NCBI GenBank assembly: GCA_037441705.1
Contig: JBBIRR010000009.1
Coordinates: forward strand, 1-64,000
DNA length: 64,000 nucleotides
Source of the DNA: Ignavibacteriales bacterium
GTDB taxonomy: Bacteria; Bacteroidota; Ignavibacteria; UBA10030; UBA6906
Direction: 5' to 3'
The notes below the pieces were generated by a model, which saw only the letters and a list, made by a program, of their open reading frames with translations, was not told the DNA's origin and made no database searches. Within the stretch, counting starts at the first letter, position 1. Every line of letters starts with the position of its first letter. Positions 50,181 to 61,565 of this stretch are shown here, in pieces. The position numbers and the translations under genes are program-made.

Positions 50181-50807
50181 TTAGTTGATGACAAAACCAT
50201 CGCTCTTGATGATCCGCTCGACTTCACCGAGTCGTTCCAGCTTCGGGATGACATCTACAAAGTAGTCGTGAAGAAGTTTGAGCCGCTCGTTTTCCGAATC
50301 CAGCTCGAGTAGCACCTGACGCCGGGCAAGCTCCATCCCCGCTTTCTGCGCAACCCTGAAGGAAAACAGCGGATTGGTATCGTCATATTCCAGGCGATAC
50401 GCTTCATCACGATAGACAAGGTCCACAAGCTGATTGTGTAAACGCACGGTTTCGAGTGCGAGCGCGCTGTCCACCACCTCGTTCTTCAGAGACAGCATGG
50501 ACACTTTGCCGAGGCTGTAGAGCGTGGAAGATGGCACCATGTCCATCAGCATGTATCGTCTTCTCCCCTCCACAAGGATGTCCATGCGTCCATCGGCATA
50601 GCGGGTGGTAAGTTTCACGACAACCGCTGTGCATCCCACCTTCGCCAGCCCGGCCTCCGTCACCAGGTTGATTCCAAACTCCTGGTCGCTGTCAAGACAT
50701 CCGTTGATGAGCAATTTGTAGCGCTCCTCGAAGATGTGCAACGGCAGGACCGCCTGAGGGAATAACACCGCCTGCAACGGAAACAACGGCAGGAGTTGTT
50801 CGGACAT
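50181..50807 (-). CDS. LON peptidase substrate-binding (N-terminal) domain protein
   Basis: LPLFPLQAVLFP..LPLHIFEERY..FGI..VGC..DGR; no ATPase or protease domain. Confidence 0.88.
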   Translation of the reverse strand: MSEQLLPLFPLQAVLFPQAVLPLHIFEERYKLLINGCLDSDQEFGINLVTEAGLAKVGCTAVVVKLTTRYADGRMDILVEGRRRYMLMDMVPSSTLYSLGKVSMLSLKNEVVDSALALETVRLHNQLVDLVYRDEAYRLEYDDTNPLFSFRVAQKAGMELARRQVLLELDSENERLKLLHDYFVDVIPKLERLGEVERIIKSDGFVIN

Positions 50808-50931
50808 GACACTCACGCTCGATGTTCTGTTTCATGATAGAAAATTCTCCGCTGAACATCAAGGTAAGCACCTCAGGCAGATGGACTCCACCTTACCAGT
50901 AGGCAGAGTCCATCTTGCGGGACGGGGAGAT

Positions 50932-51678
50932 CTACCGCGCGTACTTCTTATACCGCTCGTTGATTCTTCCCCAATGGAGATTCGCGAGGAAGTTATCAAT
51001 ATAGGCGGCGCGCTTGGGACCATCCTTGTGGTAGTACGCATGCTCGAACACATCGCAGGGAATGAGCGGAATGCCTCCCCAGATGGCGCCGTAATGATGT
51101 TCGTCCACGAGGACGTTGAGCAGGCGTTTCGAGTAGAGCATGTCGTACGCAAGCACGCCCCAGCCACTGAGTTTCGCCGAGAGTGCCGTGGCCTTGAAGT
51201 CCGCCTTCCACGCATCAATCGAACCGAATTCCTTCTCGATAGCCGCCTTGATATCAGGGCCTTTGTTCACATCGCCGTCGCCGCCCATCACCTCCCAATA
51301 GACGTCGTGCAGCAGCGTGCCCGCGTGATTCCACGTTGTGCGGCGTTTCAGCTCGCCAATCTGGCTATAGTTGCCGTTCGCTTTCGCGCGGTCGGCGGTT
51401 TCCAACTCCTTCTCGATCGTGTTGAGTGCGGTGACGTACCCCTTGTGGTGCGTGTTGTAGTGCCAGTCGGACGTCTCCGCGTCGATCACGGGTGCGAGGA
51501 GTTTTTTGGCCTCTTCGTCAGAGTACGGGCGGGGATTGAACTTCCATTCGTATGCCATGCGTTTATCCTCCTTTGAATGAGAAAATAAATGAAACGATGA
51601 ATGTGGAACAATCAACGGACTTCCGGCGGCAAGCGTTCCTGCCGCGGCAGCTTTCTTGAGAAACTCGCGTCGCTTCAC
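50932..51678 (-). CDS. Fe/Mn superoxide dismutase; long form (GTG 51678) has a Tat signal, short form starts at ATG 51558
   Basis: HYNTHHKGYV, LHDVYW, SGWGVL, DVFEHAYY; KRREFLK signal; strong SD upstream of both starts. Confidence 0.88.
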   Translation of the reverse strand: MKRREFLKKAAAAGTLAAGSPLIVPHSSFHLFSHSKEDKRMAYEWKFNPRPYSDEEAKKLLAPVIDAETSDWHYNTHHKGYVTALNTIEKELETADRAKANGNYSQIGELKRRTTWNHAGTLLHDVYWEVMGGDGDVNKGPDIKAAIEKEFGSIDAWKADFKATALSAKLSGWGVLAYDMLYSKRLLNVLVDEHHYGAIWGGIPLIPCDVFEHAYYHKDGPKRAAYIDNFLANLHWGRINERYKKYAR

Positions 51679-51693
51679 AACCCCTCCTTCCGA

Positions 51694-52458
51694 TCAGAAC
51701 CCTTTGATTTTTGCTGACTTCTTGTACGTCAATTGGACGGCGATCCAGCCGAGTGCCACAGCGCCGAGCAGATAGAGCGGACTATTCCCGCCGGGCGGAC
51801 TTGTGTGCATGTTGATCATCGTGTAGAACAGCGGGACGGAAAGAAACGTGTTGTGCTTCGATCGGGCAGCGACAAGAGCAACGATTGCCGGGTCGGGGGT
51901 TCCACCGTCCTTGACTGCGGCGATGACTTTCTTCTGCGAAGGCCAGATGCGCATCCACACATTCGCCGCCATGATCGTCCCAAACATCGCGCCCATGTGA
52001 ATGTTGTACGCCCGGTAGCTGTAGCCCGCCCCATCAATCATCAAATACATAACGGCCGCTATCAACACAAAGCCGATGGCGCCGAGCGAACGCAGTTCTT
52101 TACCGAGAGGAGACTTCGCCAGCGCGTCGTACACCGCAAATCCCCCAAAGGTTACCACCAGCATGATGATGGCGGCCGCATCCCAGCCGCGATCTCCCTC
52201 AAACATCAATCCCCCATGATAAAACACCAACGCCAACAGCAGAATGCCGGTGACCCATGTGTACGCGGCTCCCCAACGGAACCAGTACAGCGCACGCGGC
52301 ATCAATTCTGGCACCACCTTCTTCTTCGTCTCGGCGTCCATTGTTGGGGCAAATGGCGTATTGACAAAATTGAACCAGTAGAGCAAGCCAATCCACAGAA
52401 TGCCGGCAGCAATGTGCAGCCAGCGAAAGAGAACTTCAAGCACTGGGGTGATTTCCAT
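51694..52458 (-). CDS. PuuD/DUF989-like membrane protein (urate hydroxylase family), no cytochrome c domain
   Basis: RWLHIAAGILWIGLLYWFNF, WFRWGAAYTWVTG, GTIMAANVWMRIWPSQKK, RSKHNT; no CxxCH. Confidence 0.72.
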   Translation of the reverse strand: MEITPVLEVLFRWLHIAAGILWIGLLYWFNFVNTPFAPTMDAETKKKVVPELMPRALYWFRWGAAYTWVTGILLLALVFYHGGLMFEGDRGWDAAAIIMLVVTFGGFAVYDALAKSPLGKELRSLGAIGFVLIAAVMYLMIDGAGYSYRAYNIHMGAMFGTIMAANVWMRIWPSQKKVIAAVKDGGTPDPAIVALVAARSKHNTFLSVPLFYTMINMHTSPPGGNSPLYLLGAVALGWIAVQLTYKKSAKIKGF

Positions 52459-52747
52459 GGTGTTCTCCGAGAGTTGTGAGTAGTTGCTTTGGTACGATGG
52501 ATAATCCGCTCAGGGAAGCGGCACTGAAAGTGGATCCGAAAGTCTGCACAAGAACTTTTCTCTTACCGCAGGAAGTTCAACAGAGACAAAGCGCGCCTTC
52601 TGTGTTGAAGGCCCTTCTATTTCAGCAAACCATCAACCGGAACGAGTTGCTTGCCGATGGGGTCAACGGCGTGCGTAGCGCTTGTGTCCAGGTGAGCGCT
52701 CGATATTTGCGATTTCAATGTCGACCGAAAAGGTTCCCATTGATTAT

Positions 52748-53122
52748 TCACACTCCAAACGATTGTCCGCAGCCGCAAGTGCGCGTGGCCTGCGGGTTGT
52801 TGAAGACGAAGCCCTTCCCGTTCAGTCCATCGCTGAAATCCAGCACCGTGCCGGAGAGAAAGAACAGGCTCTTCGGGTCAACGAACATTCTGATGCCGTA
52901 CTGTTCCATGATCTTGTCGTTCTCTCGCGGTTTCTCATCGAAGGCGAGAACGTACGTCATGCCCGAGCAGCCGCCGCCCTTGACACCGAGGCGAAGCCCA
53001 TGATGTTCGGGAATGTTGTTCTCCGCTTTCAACTTCTTGACCTGATTCGCTGCCTTTTCCGTCAAGATAATCTCTTCGTTCAGCTCAGGCTTCGCCGGAA
53101 TGTTTGCTACCGTTGTTTCCAT
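52748..53122 (-). CDS. iscA: A-type Fe-S carrier (IscA/SufA/HesB)
   Basis: GVKGGGCSG, NPQATRTCGCGQSF. Confidence 0.92.
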   Translation of the reverse strand: METTVANIPAKPELNEEIILTEKAANQVKKLKAENNIPEHHGLRLGVKGGGCSGMTYVLAFDEKPRENDKIMEQYGIRMFVDPKSLFFLSGTVLDFSDGLNGKGFVFNNPQATRTCGCGQSFGV

Positions 53123-53139
53123 CGAACCTCCAAAAATGA

Positions 53140-53181
53140 GAACTCTATAATCTCTATGAACTCTACCAACTCTCAGCTCTC
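53140..53181. repeat. Short degenerate 9-nt tandem repeat
   Basis: AACTCTATA ATCTCTATG AACTCTACC AACTCTCAG CTCTC between sufT and iscA. Confidence 0.55.
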
Positions 53182-53183
53182 GT

Positions 53184-53564
53184 TCAAAACCCCAACTCCA
53201 ACTTGGCCGCTTCCGTCATCATGCTCGGATTCCACGGCGGGTCCCACACGACCTTGACAACAGCCTGCGTGACGTTGGGAATCGCCTTCACTTTCTCCTC
53301 TACCTGACGCGGAAGGAACTGCGCCGCCGGGCAGTGGGGCGTCGTCAGCGTCATCACCACCAACACACCGCCATCCGCGGCAACCTTCACGTCGTAAATC
53401 AATCCTAACTCATAGATGTTGACGGGGATTTCCGGGTCGTAGCACGTCTTGATCGCCTCGACAACATTGTTGTAGATGATGCTTTGCTCGATGGCACTTA
53501 GCTGCCGCTGTTCCGCCTGCCCTTCGTTCTTCTGTTCCGGTGTTGGCTGATTGGTTTCTTCCAT
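53184..53564 (-). CDS. sufT: DUF59/SufT Fe-S maturation protein
   Basis: YDPEIPVNIYELGLIY, MTLTTPHCP, WDPPWNPSMM. Confidence 0.88.
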   Translation of the reverse strand: MEETNQPTPEQKNEGQAEQRQLSAIEQSIIYNNVVEAIKTCYDPEIPVNIYELGLIYDVKVAADGGVLVVMTLTTPHCPAAQFLPRQVEEKVKAIPNVTQAVVKVVWDPPWNPSMMTEAAKLELGF

Positions 53565-53585
53565 TATTTCTCTTCCTCACCAAGG

Positions 53586-54038
53586 CTATTCCGTGCTAAC
53601 AACTTTTGTCTGCTCTTGCATGGCGGCATGCAGCGTGTGCCACGGCAGGCTTGCACACTTCACCCGCGCCGGAAACTCGCTCACGCCGGCAAACGCAGCA
53701 AGCTTACCGAGCGCATCCAGATTCGCCTCGCCGTTCATCTCGCCCGTCACCAACTTGTGAAACGTTTCGAACATGCGCTCGGCTTCGGCTTTCGTCTTTC
53801 CTTTCACGATCGAGCTCATCACCGATGCCGATGCCTTGGAGATGGCACACCCGGCTCCCTGAAAACTAACGTCCGTGATGACGTCGCCATCCATTTTTAC
53901 AAAGACGGTATAGTGATCGCCGCACAGCGGGTTGTATCCCTCCACCGTTCGCGTGGGATCATCCATCGCTCGGTAGTTGCGGGGATTCTTGTTATGATCA
54001 AGAATGACTTCTTGATACAGTTCTCGTAATGCAGCCAT
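53586..54038 (-). CDS. sufU: SufU (NifU-like) sulfur acceptor
   Basis: LYQEVILDH, NPLCGD, GCAISKAS, RVKCASLPW. Confidence 0.92.
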   Translation of the reverse strand: MAALRELYQEVILDHNKNPRNYRAMDDPTRTVEGYNPLCGDHYTVFVKMDGDVITDVSFQGAGCAISKASASVMSSIVKGKTKAEAERMFETFHKLVTGEMNGEANLDALGKLAAFAGVSEFPARVKCASLPWHTLHAAMQEQTKVVSTE

Positions 54039-55297
54039 CAGCCGAGCACCTCTTTCACTTTCCGGACGGCTCTCACGAGCACATCGACTTCATCTTTTGT
54101 GTTGTAGAAAGCAAACGATGCACGCGCCGTTGCAGGGACGCCGAAGCGCTGCATCACCGGCTGCGCACAATGATGGCCCGTACGAATCGCGACGCCCTCG
54201 TAATCGAGAATTGTCCCGATGTCGTGCGGGTGAACGCCTTCCATCACAAACGAGATGACGGCGGCTTTCTGTTTCGCCGTACCGATGATGCGGAGACCGG
54301 GGATCTCCAGCAGTCTTGCCGTTGCATACTGCAGTAATTCATGCTCGTAGGCCATCACCGCATTCATATCCATGGCGTTCATGTAATCAATCGCAGCGCC
54401 CAACCCGATGCCGCCGGCGATGTTCGGCGTTCCCGCTTCGAACTTGAACGGCAGGTCATTGAACAGCGTTTTCTCAAACGTCACGGACTTGATCATGTCA
54501 CCCCCGCCTTGATAGGGCGGCATCGCCTCGAGAAGTTCCTCTTTGCCGTACAGAATACCGACCCCCGTCGGCCCGAACATCTTGTGTGACGAGAACGCGT
54601 AGAAATCGCAGTCGAGCTGCTGCACATCCACCTTCATATGCGGAACAGCCTGTGCGCCATCGACCAGCACCGGGATACTCCGCGCGTGCGCCGTCGCAAT
54701 GATCTCTTTGATGGGATTGATGGTTCCGAGGGCGTTGGAGATATGCGTGATGGCGACGATGCGTGTTCGTTCCGTGAGAAGTTTTTCGTACTCATCCAGA
54801 AGCAACTCGCCCGCGTCGTTGATGGGAGTGACACGGAGGCGGGCACCTTTCTCTTCACACATCAACTGCCAGGGAACGATGTTGGAATGGTGTTCCATTG
54901 CTGAGATCACCACCTCATCGCCCTGCTTGATCTTGAGGCGGCCAAAACTGCTTGCAACGAGATTGATTCCTTCCGTCGTGCTGCGGACGAAAATGATCTC
55001 CTTCGTGGAGCGGGCATTGATGAAGCGCTGAACTTTCGCGCGGGCTGCTTCGTACGATTCGGTTGCCCGCTCACTCAAATAGTGCACACCCCGATGGATG
55101 TTGGAGTTCTCCTCGTAGTAGTAGCGCATGATGGCATCAATGACCACCTGCGGCTTTTGGCTTGTTGCCGCGTTGTCCAAATACACCAACGGCTTGCCGT
55201 TCACCTGACGACGCAGTAGCGGGAAGTGAAAGCGACAGCTTTCCACCGGCATCGGAGCTTTCACCTTCTCCTCGGTATATGTCGCTGTGATTTCCAT
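54038..55297 (-). CDS. sufS: Cysteine desulfurase, group II
   Basis: YLDNAATSQKP, SSHKMFGP, EAGTPN, RTGHHCAQP. Confidence 0.96.
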   Translation of the reverse strand: MEITATYTEEKVKAPMPVESCRFHFPLLRRQVNGKPLVYLDNAATSQKPQVVIDAIMRYYYEENSNIHRGVHYLSERATESYEAARAKVQRFINARSTKEIIFVRSTTEGINLVASSFGRLKIKQGDEVVISAMEHHSNIVPWQLMCEEKGARLRVTPINDAGELLLDEYEKLLTERTRIVAITHISNALGTINPIKEIIATAHARSIPVLVDGAQAVPHMKVDVQQLDCDFYAFSSHKMFGPTGVGILYGKEELLEAMPPYQGGGDMIKSVTFEKTLFNDLPFKFEAGTPNIAGGIGLGAAIDYMNAMDMNAVMAYEHELLQYATARLLEIPGLRIIGTAKQKAAVISFVMEGVHPHDIGTILDYEGVAIRTGHHCAQPVMQRFGVPATARASFAFYNTKDEVDVLVRAVRKVKEVLG

Positions 55298-55299
55298 TG

Positions 55300-56643
55300 C
55301 TACACCTCGATTGTGCGTCCGTGTCGGAGCCGTTCCTGAATCATCACGTCGAGCTGTTCGCGCAGCGGCTCGACATGGATGCGGTTGATAATATCGCTTG
55401 CGAATGCAAACGTGAGAATGTCCTTTGCCGTCTCTTCGCCGATGCCGCGGGAACGAAGGTAGAAGAGCTGTTCCTCATCCAGATGCCCGACGGTTGCCCC
55501 GTGCGTGCACTTCACGTCGTCGGCAAAGATCTCCAATTGCGGTTTCGTGTCCATCGTGGCGTTGTCCGAAAGAAGCAAGGTCTTGTTCGTCTGCTTGGCG
55601 TCGGTTTTCTGTGCATCTTTGCGGACGAAGATTTTGCCGTTGAACACGCCGCGCGAAATGCCGTCGAGAATGGATTTGTACATCTCGTGACTCGCGCAGT
55701 TCGGCTTCGCGTGGTCGATCGTCGTGTGGTTGTCAACATGCTGCGTGCCCGTTGCAAGCGAGAGGCCGTTCAGTGTTGTTTCAATGCCTTCGCCGGCAAG
55801 AACGGCCGTGATGTTGTTGCGCACCAACGCCCCTCCAAGATTGACGGCATTGGAGACAACATTGCTCCGCGCCTGCTGTTGAAAGTGAATCGTGCCAACA
55901 TGATACGCGTTCAGGCTTTCATCCTGCAGCTTGTCATGCTCTATGACCGCTTCCTCGCTGACGATGAACTCGGTAACAGCGTTCGTAAGGTACGGACGGG
56001 CCGACTGCCCCGTGTAGCTTTCCGCAATGGCCACTTTTCCTCGCGTCCCAACTACAATAAGATTTCTCGGATGGACGGAGAGCGGCTCCTCTCCTGCCGT
56101 CGTGTAGAAGACCAAATGGATCGGCACGTCCAGCGTTGTATCGTCGGGAATATGGATGAAGGCGCCGTCGAGCATGAAGGCAGTGCTTAACGCCGTGAAA
56201 GCATTGTCGTCGTACTGGACGTAGCGAGCAAGATAACGATGAGCGAGGGCGTCGCCGGACTTCAGCGCGAACGCAAGGTTCGTCACCACGACACCATCAG
56301 GGAGATTGGCAACGCTGGAGAGATGCGGTGCGTAATGGCCGTTGACAAAAACCATCCGCACACACGCCGTTCCGCCGAACGAGCGCTTTGCAATGTCCTC
56401 TGCCGTGACCCGCGACGCATCCATCCGAGCCGCGGGGATGAATCGCGTTGCTGCAATCGGTGCAACGTTCGTGAAGCGCCACTCCTCCTCCCGCGTGGTG
56501 GGGAAACCGATCGCTTCAAATGTCTCGATCGCCCGACGGCGGAGCGTATGCAGGTCTGACTTTGTTTCACCGTTCAGGCTTTTCTCAAACAGCTCGAAGC
56601 GCGATCGGTACCATGCTGTGATGTTGACGACTTCTTGTCTCAT
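55300..56643 (-). CDS. sufD: Fe-S assembly protein SufD
   Basis: EEWRFT, FNGKIFV, AQKTDAKQ, KPQLEIFADDVKCTHGAT, FYLRSRG. Confidence 0.95.
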   Translation of the reverse strand: MRQEVVNITAWYRSRFELFEKSLNGETKSDLHTLRRRAIETFEAIGFPTTREEEWRFTNVAPIAATRFIPAARMDASRVTAEDIAKRSFGGTACVRMVFVNGHYAPHLSSVANLPDGVVVTNLAFALKSGDALAHRYLARYVQYDDNAFTALSTAFMLDGAFIHIPDDTTLDVPIHLVFYTTAGEEPLSVHPRNLIVVGTRGKVAIAESYTGQSARPYLTNAVTEFIVSEEAVIEHDKLQDESLNAYHVGTIHFQQQARSNVVSNAVNLGGALVRNNITAVLAGEGIETTLNGLSLATGTQHVDNHTTIDHAKPNCASHEMYKSILDGISRGVFNGKIFVRKDAQKTDAKQTNKTLLLSDNATMDTKPQLEIFADDVKCTHGATVGHLDEEQLFYLRSRGIGEETAKDILTFAFASDIINRIHVEPLREQLDVMIQERLRHGRTIEV

Positions 56644-56652
56644 GCCTTCACC

Positions 56653-57411
56653 TCACGCTGCCGCTTCTGCTTCTTCACGAAGCCAATCATAGCCGCGTTC
56701 CTCCAACTGAAGCGCCAACTCCTTGCCGCCGCTCTTCACAATGCGCCCATCCACCAACACATGGACAAAGTCGGGCACGATGTAGTTCAACAACCGTTGA
56801 TAGTGGGTGACGACGATGGTGGCATTCTCCGGACGACGAAGCTTGTTGACGCCGTCGGCGACAATGCGCAGCGCGTCAATGTCCAGTCCCGAGTCAGTTT
56901 CATCCAGCACGGCAAGCGTCGGCTCCAGGACTGCCATCTGGAAAATTTCATTGCGCTTCTTCTCTCCACCCGAAAACCCCTCGTTCACGGGCCGATTGAG
57001 AAAACTCGGATCCATATCCACCAATTTCAGTCGCTCTTTCACAAGCGTGAGAAACTCGACTGCGTCCAACGGCTCAAGTCCACGATGTTTGCGGATGGCA
57101 TTAAGTGCCGATTTCAAGAAATAGCTGTTGGTGACGCCGGGAATTTCCACCGGGTATTGGAAGGCAAGGAACAATCCTTCACGCGCCCGCTCTTCGGGAT
57201 CCATCTCGAGAAGATTCCTGCCTTTGTACAACACTTCGCCTTCGGTCACGGTATAGGCGTCGCGCCCGGCGAGCACCCCGGCAAGCGTGCTCTTGCCCGA
57301 ACCGTTCGGGCCCATGATGGCGTGGACTTCGCCCGCGTTCACGTTCAGATTTACGCCGTGAAGAATTTCGTTGCCGTTAACAGAAGCGTGGAGATTTCGG
57401 ATTTCAAGCAT
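56653..57411 (-). CDS. sufC: Fe-S assembly ATPase SufC
   Basis: [38 protein letters not shown]. Confidence 0.97.
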   Translation of the reverse strand: MLEIRNLHASVNGNEILHGVNLNVNAGEVHAIMGPNGSGKSTLAGVLAGRDAYTVTEGEVLYKGRNLLEMDPEERAREGLFLAFQYPVEIPGVTNSYFLKSALNAIRKHRGLEPLDAVEFLTLVKERLKLVDMDPSFLNRPVNEGFSGGEKKRNEIFQMAVLEPTLAVLDETDSGLDIDALRIVADGVNKLRRPENATIVVTHYQRLLNYIVPDFVHVLVDGRIVKSGGKELALQLEERGYDWLREEAEAAA

Positions 57412-57440
57412 TGAGTTGTTCCAAGTTGATTGATTACTGA

Positions 57441-57824
57441 TTACCAAATTCGTTTGACGCCGTATTTATCGAACACCGCTTCGCCACTCACAATTACGTA
57501 CGCTTCCACTAACCCTTGCGCGATTATAAGTCTATCGAACGGGTCCCTGTGATAGAAGGGTAGCCTTCTAACCTGGATCAAATGAGAGAACCGCGCTTCG
57601 AGAAGAGTGAATTCATTCTCCTCAATCCAAGCAAGCAATTCGGAATATGGACGTCCCAGCTCGAGCTTCCGGAGACTCACCTTGATTGCGATTTCCCAGA
57701 GACTCGCTATGCTCACGTACGTGAGGTTCGATCGGCGTTCGAGCGCCCTTCTCGCACTTGACGGTAGACTTCTATCTCCCTTCAAGTACCAAAGAAGGGC
57801 ATGAGTATCAACCAGCAGGTTCAT
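57441..57824 (-). CDS. vapC: PIN-domain toxin
   Basis: [33 protein letters not shown]. Confidence 0.9.
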   Translation of the reverse strand: MNLLVDTHALLWYLKGDRSLPSSARRALERRSNLTYVSIASLWEIAIKVSLRKLELGRPYSELLAWIEENEFTLLEARFSHLIQVRRLPFYHRDPFDRLIIAQGLVEAYVIVSGEAVFDKYGVKRIW

Positions 57825-58054
57825 TCCATGTACTCTTTGAAGTCGTCCAACGGCTCATCAAAATCCGGTGAAATCCACTTGATGAGATGCTTGCCGCTCC
57901 CGAACTTCGGTACCTTCTTACGAGTCGTCTTCTTCCCCTTCTTCTTCAGAAGAAATTCGGCAAAATCCTTGACTTCGTTCCGTGATTCTTCTGGAAGGGA
58001 CGCGATCGTTTCACTCAGTGATGACTTTTGCATGATGTTTCGCTTTGTGTTCAT
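57821..58054 (-). CDS. Antitoxin (DUF2281-like)
   Basis: LP..EVKDFAEFLL..PKFGSGK..DFDEPLDDFKEY; ATGA-coupled to vapC; starts right after the sufB stop. Confidence 0.78.
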   Translation of the reverse strand: MNTKRNIMQKSSLSETIASLPEESRNEVKDFAEFLLKKKGKKTTRKKVPKFGSGKHLIKWISPDFDEPLDDFKEYME

Positions 58055-58055
58055 T

Positions 58056-59498
<1,443 letters not shown>

Positions 59499-59529
59499 AG
59501 TACTCTGTTAGTAGTTGTTCATACAATAT

Positions 59530-60285
59530 CTACTTCTTTCCTGCCGGTTTATAGTTACCTTTCAACGGCGGAAGGGTTCGCTTCTCGCCCGTTGGCGCAG
59601 GATCGGGCGGCTGAACCTGCGTCGCCGCGGTTTGCTGAACAGACGACTCTTCCACCTTCGGTTCGGCGCTTGCAGGCGGTTGATCACCCGTGCGCGTCGG
59701 CGCGGCAGCAGATGCCTGCGGCGCCGTTGGCGCAGGCCGTCCGTCAGTCGGCTTCGCACTCGTGATGGGCGGAAGTCCCGGTTTTGCGGCTCCTGCCGGT
59801 CTCGCACTCGTCAATGGCGGAAGTCCGCCGGCCGGTTTAGCACCTGTCGGCGGCGGCAGTGTGGATGGCGCGCCGGCTGCCGACGCTGTCCCTGCCGGCT
59901 TTGCGCTGCCCAAGGGCGGCAGAGGCGGCCTCGCACCGGACGGTTTCGCCGCAGCAGGGGATTTCGCAGGCGCTGCGCCCGGCGCCGGTTTGGCCGGCGT
60001 CGCCTGAACCACGGCCGGCTTCTTGAAGGCCGGGTAGTTCAACACCCAACTCTGTCGGTCAATCGGCGTGAGAATCTTTTCCTTCTCCAACTTCTCTACA
60101 AACGTGCGCGCTATGTTTTCCGCTTCCATATAGCCTACCCTGTGACCTCTCCGCTCGAGCATCGTGCGAATGCCGTACTGAATGTCGCGGAAGAAGACGT
60201 TCGACAAATGGTACATGGGATAGTGACTCTTCAAGAATTCCAACACGTCTTTCTCGTTATTCAGAATGTAGTCGATCGGTTTCAT
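59530..60285 (-). CDS. Hypothetical protein: about 90-aa globular N-domain and a Pro/Ala tail with repeated LPP motifs
   Basis: ATGA-coupled to iscS, co-oriented inside the operon; low-complexity tail. Confidence 0.7.
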   Translation of the reverse strand: MKPIDYILNNEKDVLEFLKSHYPMYHLSNVFFRDIQYGIRTMLERRGHRVGYMEAENIARTFVEKLEKEKILTPIDRQSWVLNYPAFKKPAVVQATPAKPAPGAAPAKSPAAAKPSGARPPLPPLGSAKPAGTASAAGAPSTLPPPTGAKPAGGLPPLTSARPAGAAKPGLPPITSAKPTDGRPAPTAPQASAAAPTRTGDQPPASAEPKVEESSVQQTAATQVQPPDPAPTGEKRTLPPLKGNYKPAGKK

Positions 60286-61565
60286 GTCTGTGTCTCTGAT
60301 GGTTTCTGGATTTTGGGTGATGATGAAAAACTCTCCCGTCCATCCTCTTCGTGATGCAGAATGACTTCGTCGCGGATCTCGTCCGTTCTTTTCGCACTAC
60401 CCCGCCCTCGGCGCCTCTCACGAACTTTCGTTACCGTCTCAACAACTCGTGCGAGAGCAAACTCGATTTCTTCTTCCGTCGTGAATCTTCCCAGGCCGAA
60501 TCGCAGCGAACATTTCGCCTCTTCGGTACTCAAGCCGATGGCTTTCAGAACGTGCGAGGGTTCAGGCTGAGCAGACGAGCACGCCGATCCTGATGAGACG
60601 GCAACATCTTTCATTTCCATCATGATTGTGTCCGCATCCGCATCTTTGAATGTGATGTTCGCGTTGTTCGGCAGTCGGTTCGTCGGGTGGCCGTTCAGCC
60701 ACGTTGCTTCCAGCGTCGAGAGAATCTGCTGCACCAACCGATCGCGCAAGCGGGCCGTCCTCCGGCGATCTTCCTCCAGTTCCTGCGCCGCAATGCGTGC
60801 CGCTTCGCCGAAGCCCACGATGGCGGGAACGTTGAGGGTTCCCGAGCGCAAGCCCCGCTCATGTCCGCCGCCATCAATCTGAGGCAGCAATTTCACCCTT
60901 GGGCTTGCTGCGCGAACGAACAGCGCACCAACGCCCTTCGGCCCGTACATCTTATGCGAGCTGAACGACATCAAATCAACATTCATCGCACGAACATCTA
61001 CAGGAACCTTCCCCACGGCCTGCGTCGCGTCGGTGTGAAAAAGAACGCCGCGTTCCCGACACACTGTGCCAATCGCTTCGATGGGAGCAAGCGTTCCGAT
61101 TTCGTTATTCGCCGCCATGATGCTTACAAGGACCGTCTCATGGGTGATGGCATCCCGCAATGCGTCCAGCGCTATCAGGCCCGTTCGATCAACCGGCAGA
61201 ATCGTGGCGCGGAACCCGTACTTCTCCAGCCGCTTGCAGCAATCGAGCACGGCCTTGTGCTCGGTTGCCGCCGTGATGATGTGCTTGCCCCGTGATGCGT
61301 ATGCTTCAGCTACGCCCTTGAGGGCAAGATTGATAGACTCCGTCGCTCCGCTGGTGAAGACAATCTCTTCGGCGCTGGCTCCGATGAGGGTTGCAAGATG
61401 CTTGCGCGCCTGTTCGACGGCGGCCTCGGCTCGCCAGCCGAACTCGTGCTGCTTGCTTGCAGCATTGCCGTAGTGTTCGGTAAAGTACGGCAGCATTGCT
61501 TCCACAACGCGGGGATCGACTCGCGTCGTTGAATGATTGTCAAGATATATCGGCAGCCGGCTCAT
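60282..61565 (-). CDS. iscS: Cysteine desulfurase, group I
   Basis: YLDNHSTT, TSGATES, HKMYGPKG, RSGTLN, SSGSACSS; ATG at 61565 is coupled to the rrf2 stop. Confidence 0.93.
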   Translation of the reverse strand: MSRLPIYLDNHSTTRVDPRVVEAMLPYFTEHYGNAASKQHEFGWRAEAAVEQARKHLATLIGASAEEIVFTSGATESINLALKGVAEAYASRGKHIITAATEHKAVLDCCKRLEKYGFRATILPVDRTGLIALDALRDAITHETVLVSIMAANNEIGTLAPIEAIGTVCRERGVLFHTDATQAVGKVPVDVRAMNVDLMSFSSHKMYGPKGVGALFVRAASPRVKLLPQIDGGGHERGLRSGTLNVPAIVGFGEAARIAAQELEEDRRRTARLRDRLVQQILSTLEATWLNGHPTNRLPNNANITFKDADADTIMMEMKDVAVSSGSACSSAQPEPSHVLKAIGLSTEEAKCSLRFGLGRFTTEEEIEFALARVVETVTKVRERRRGRGSAKRTDEIRDEVILHHEEDGRESFSSSPKIQKPSETQT

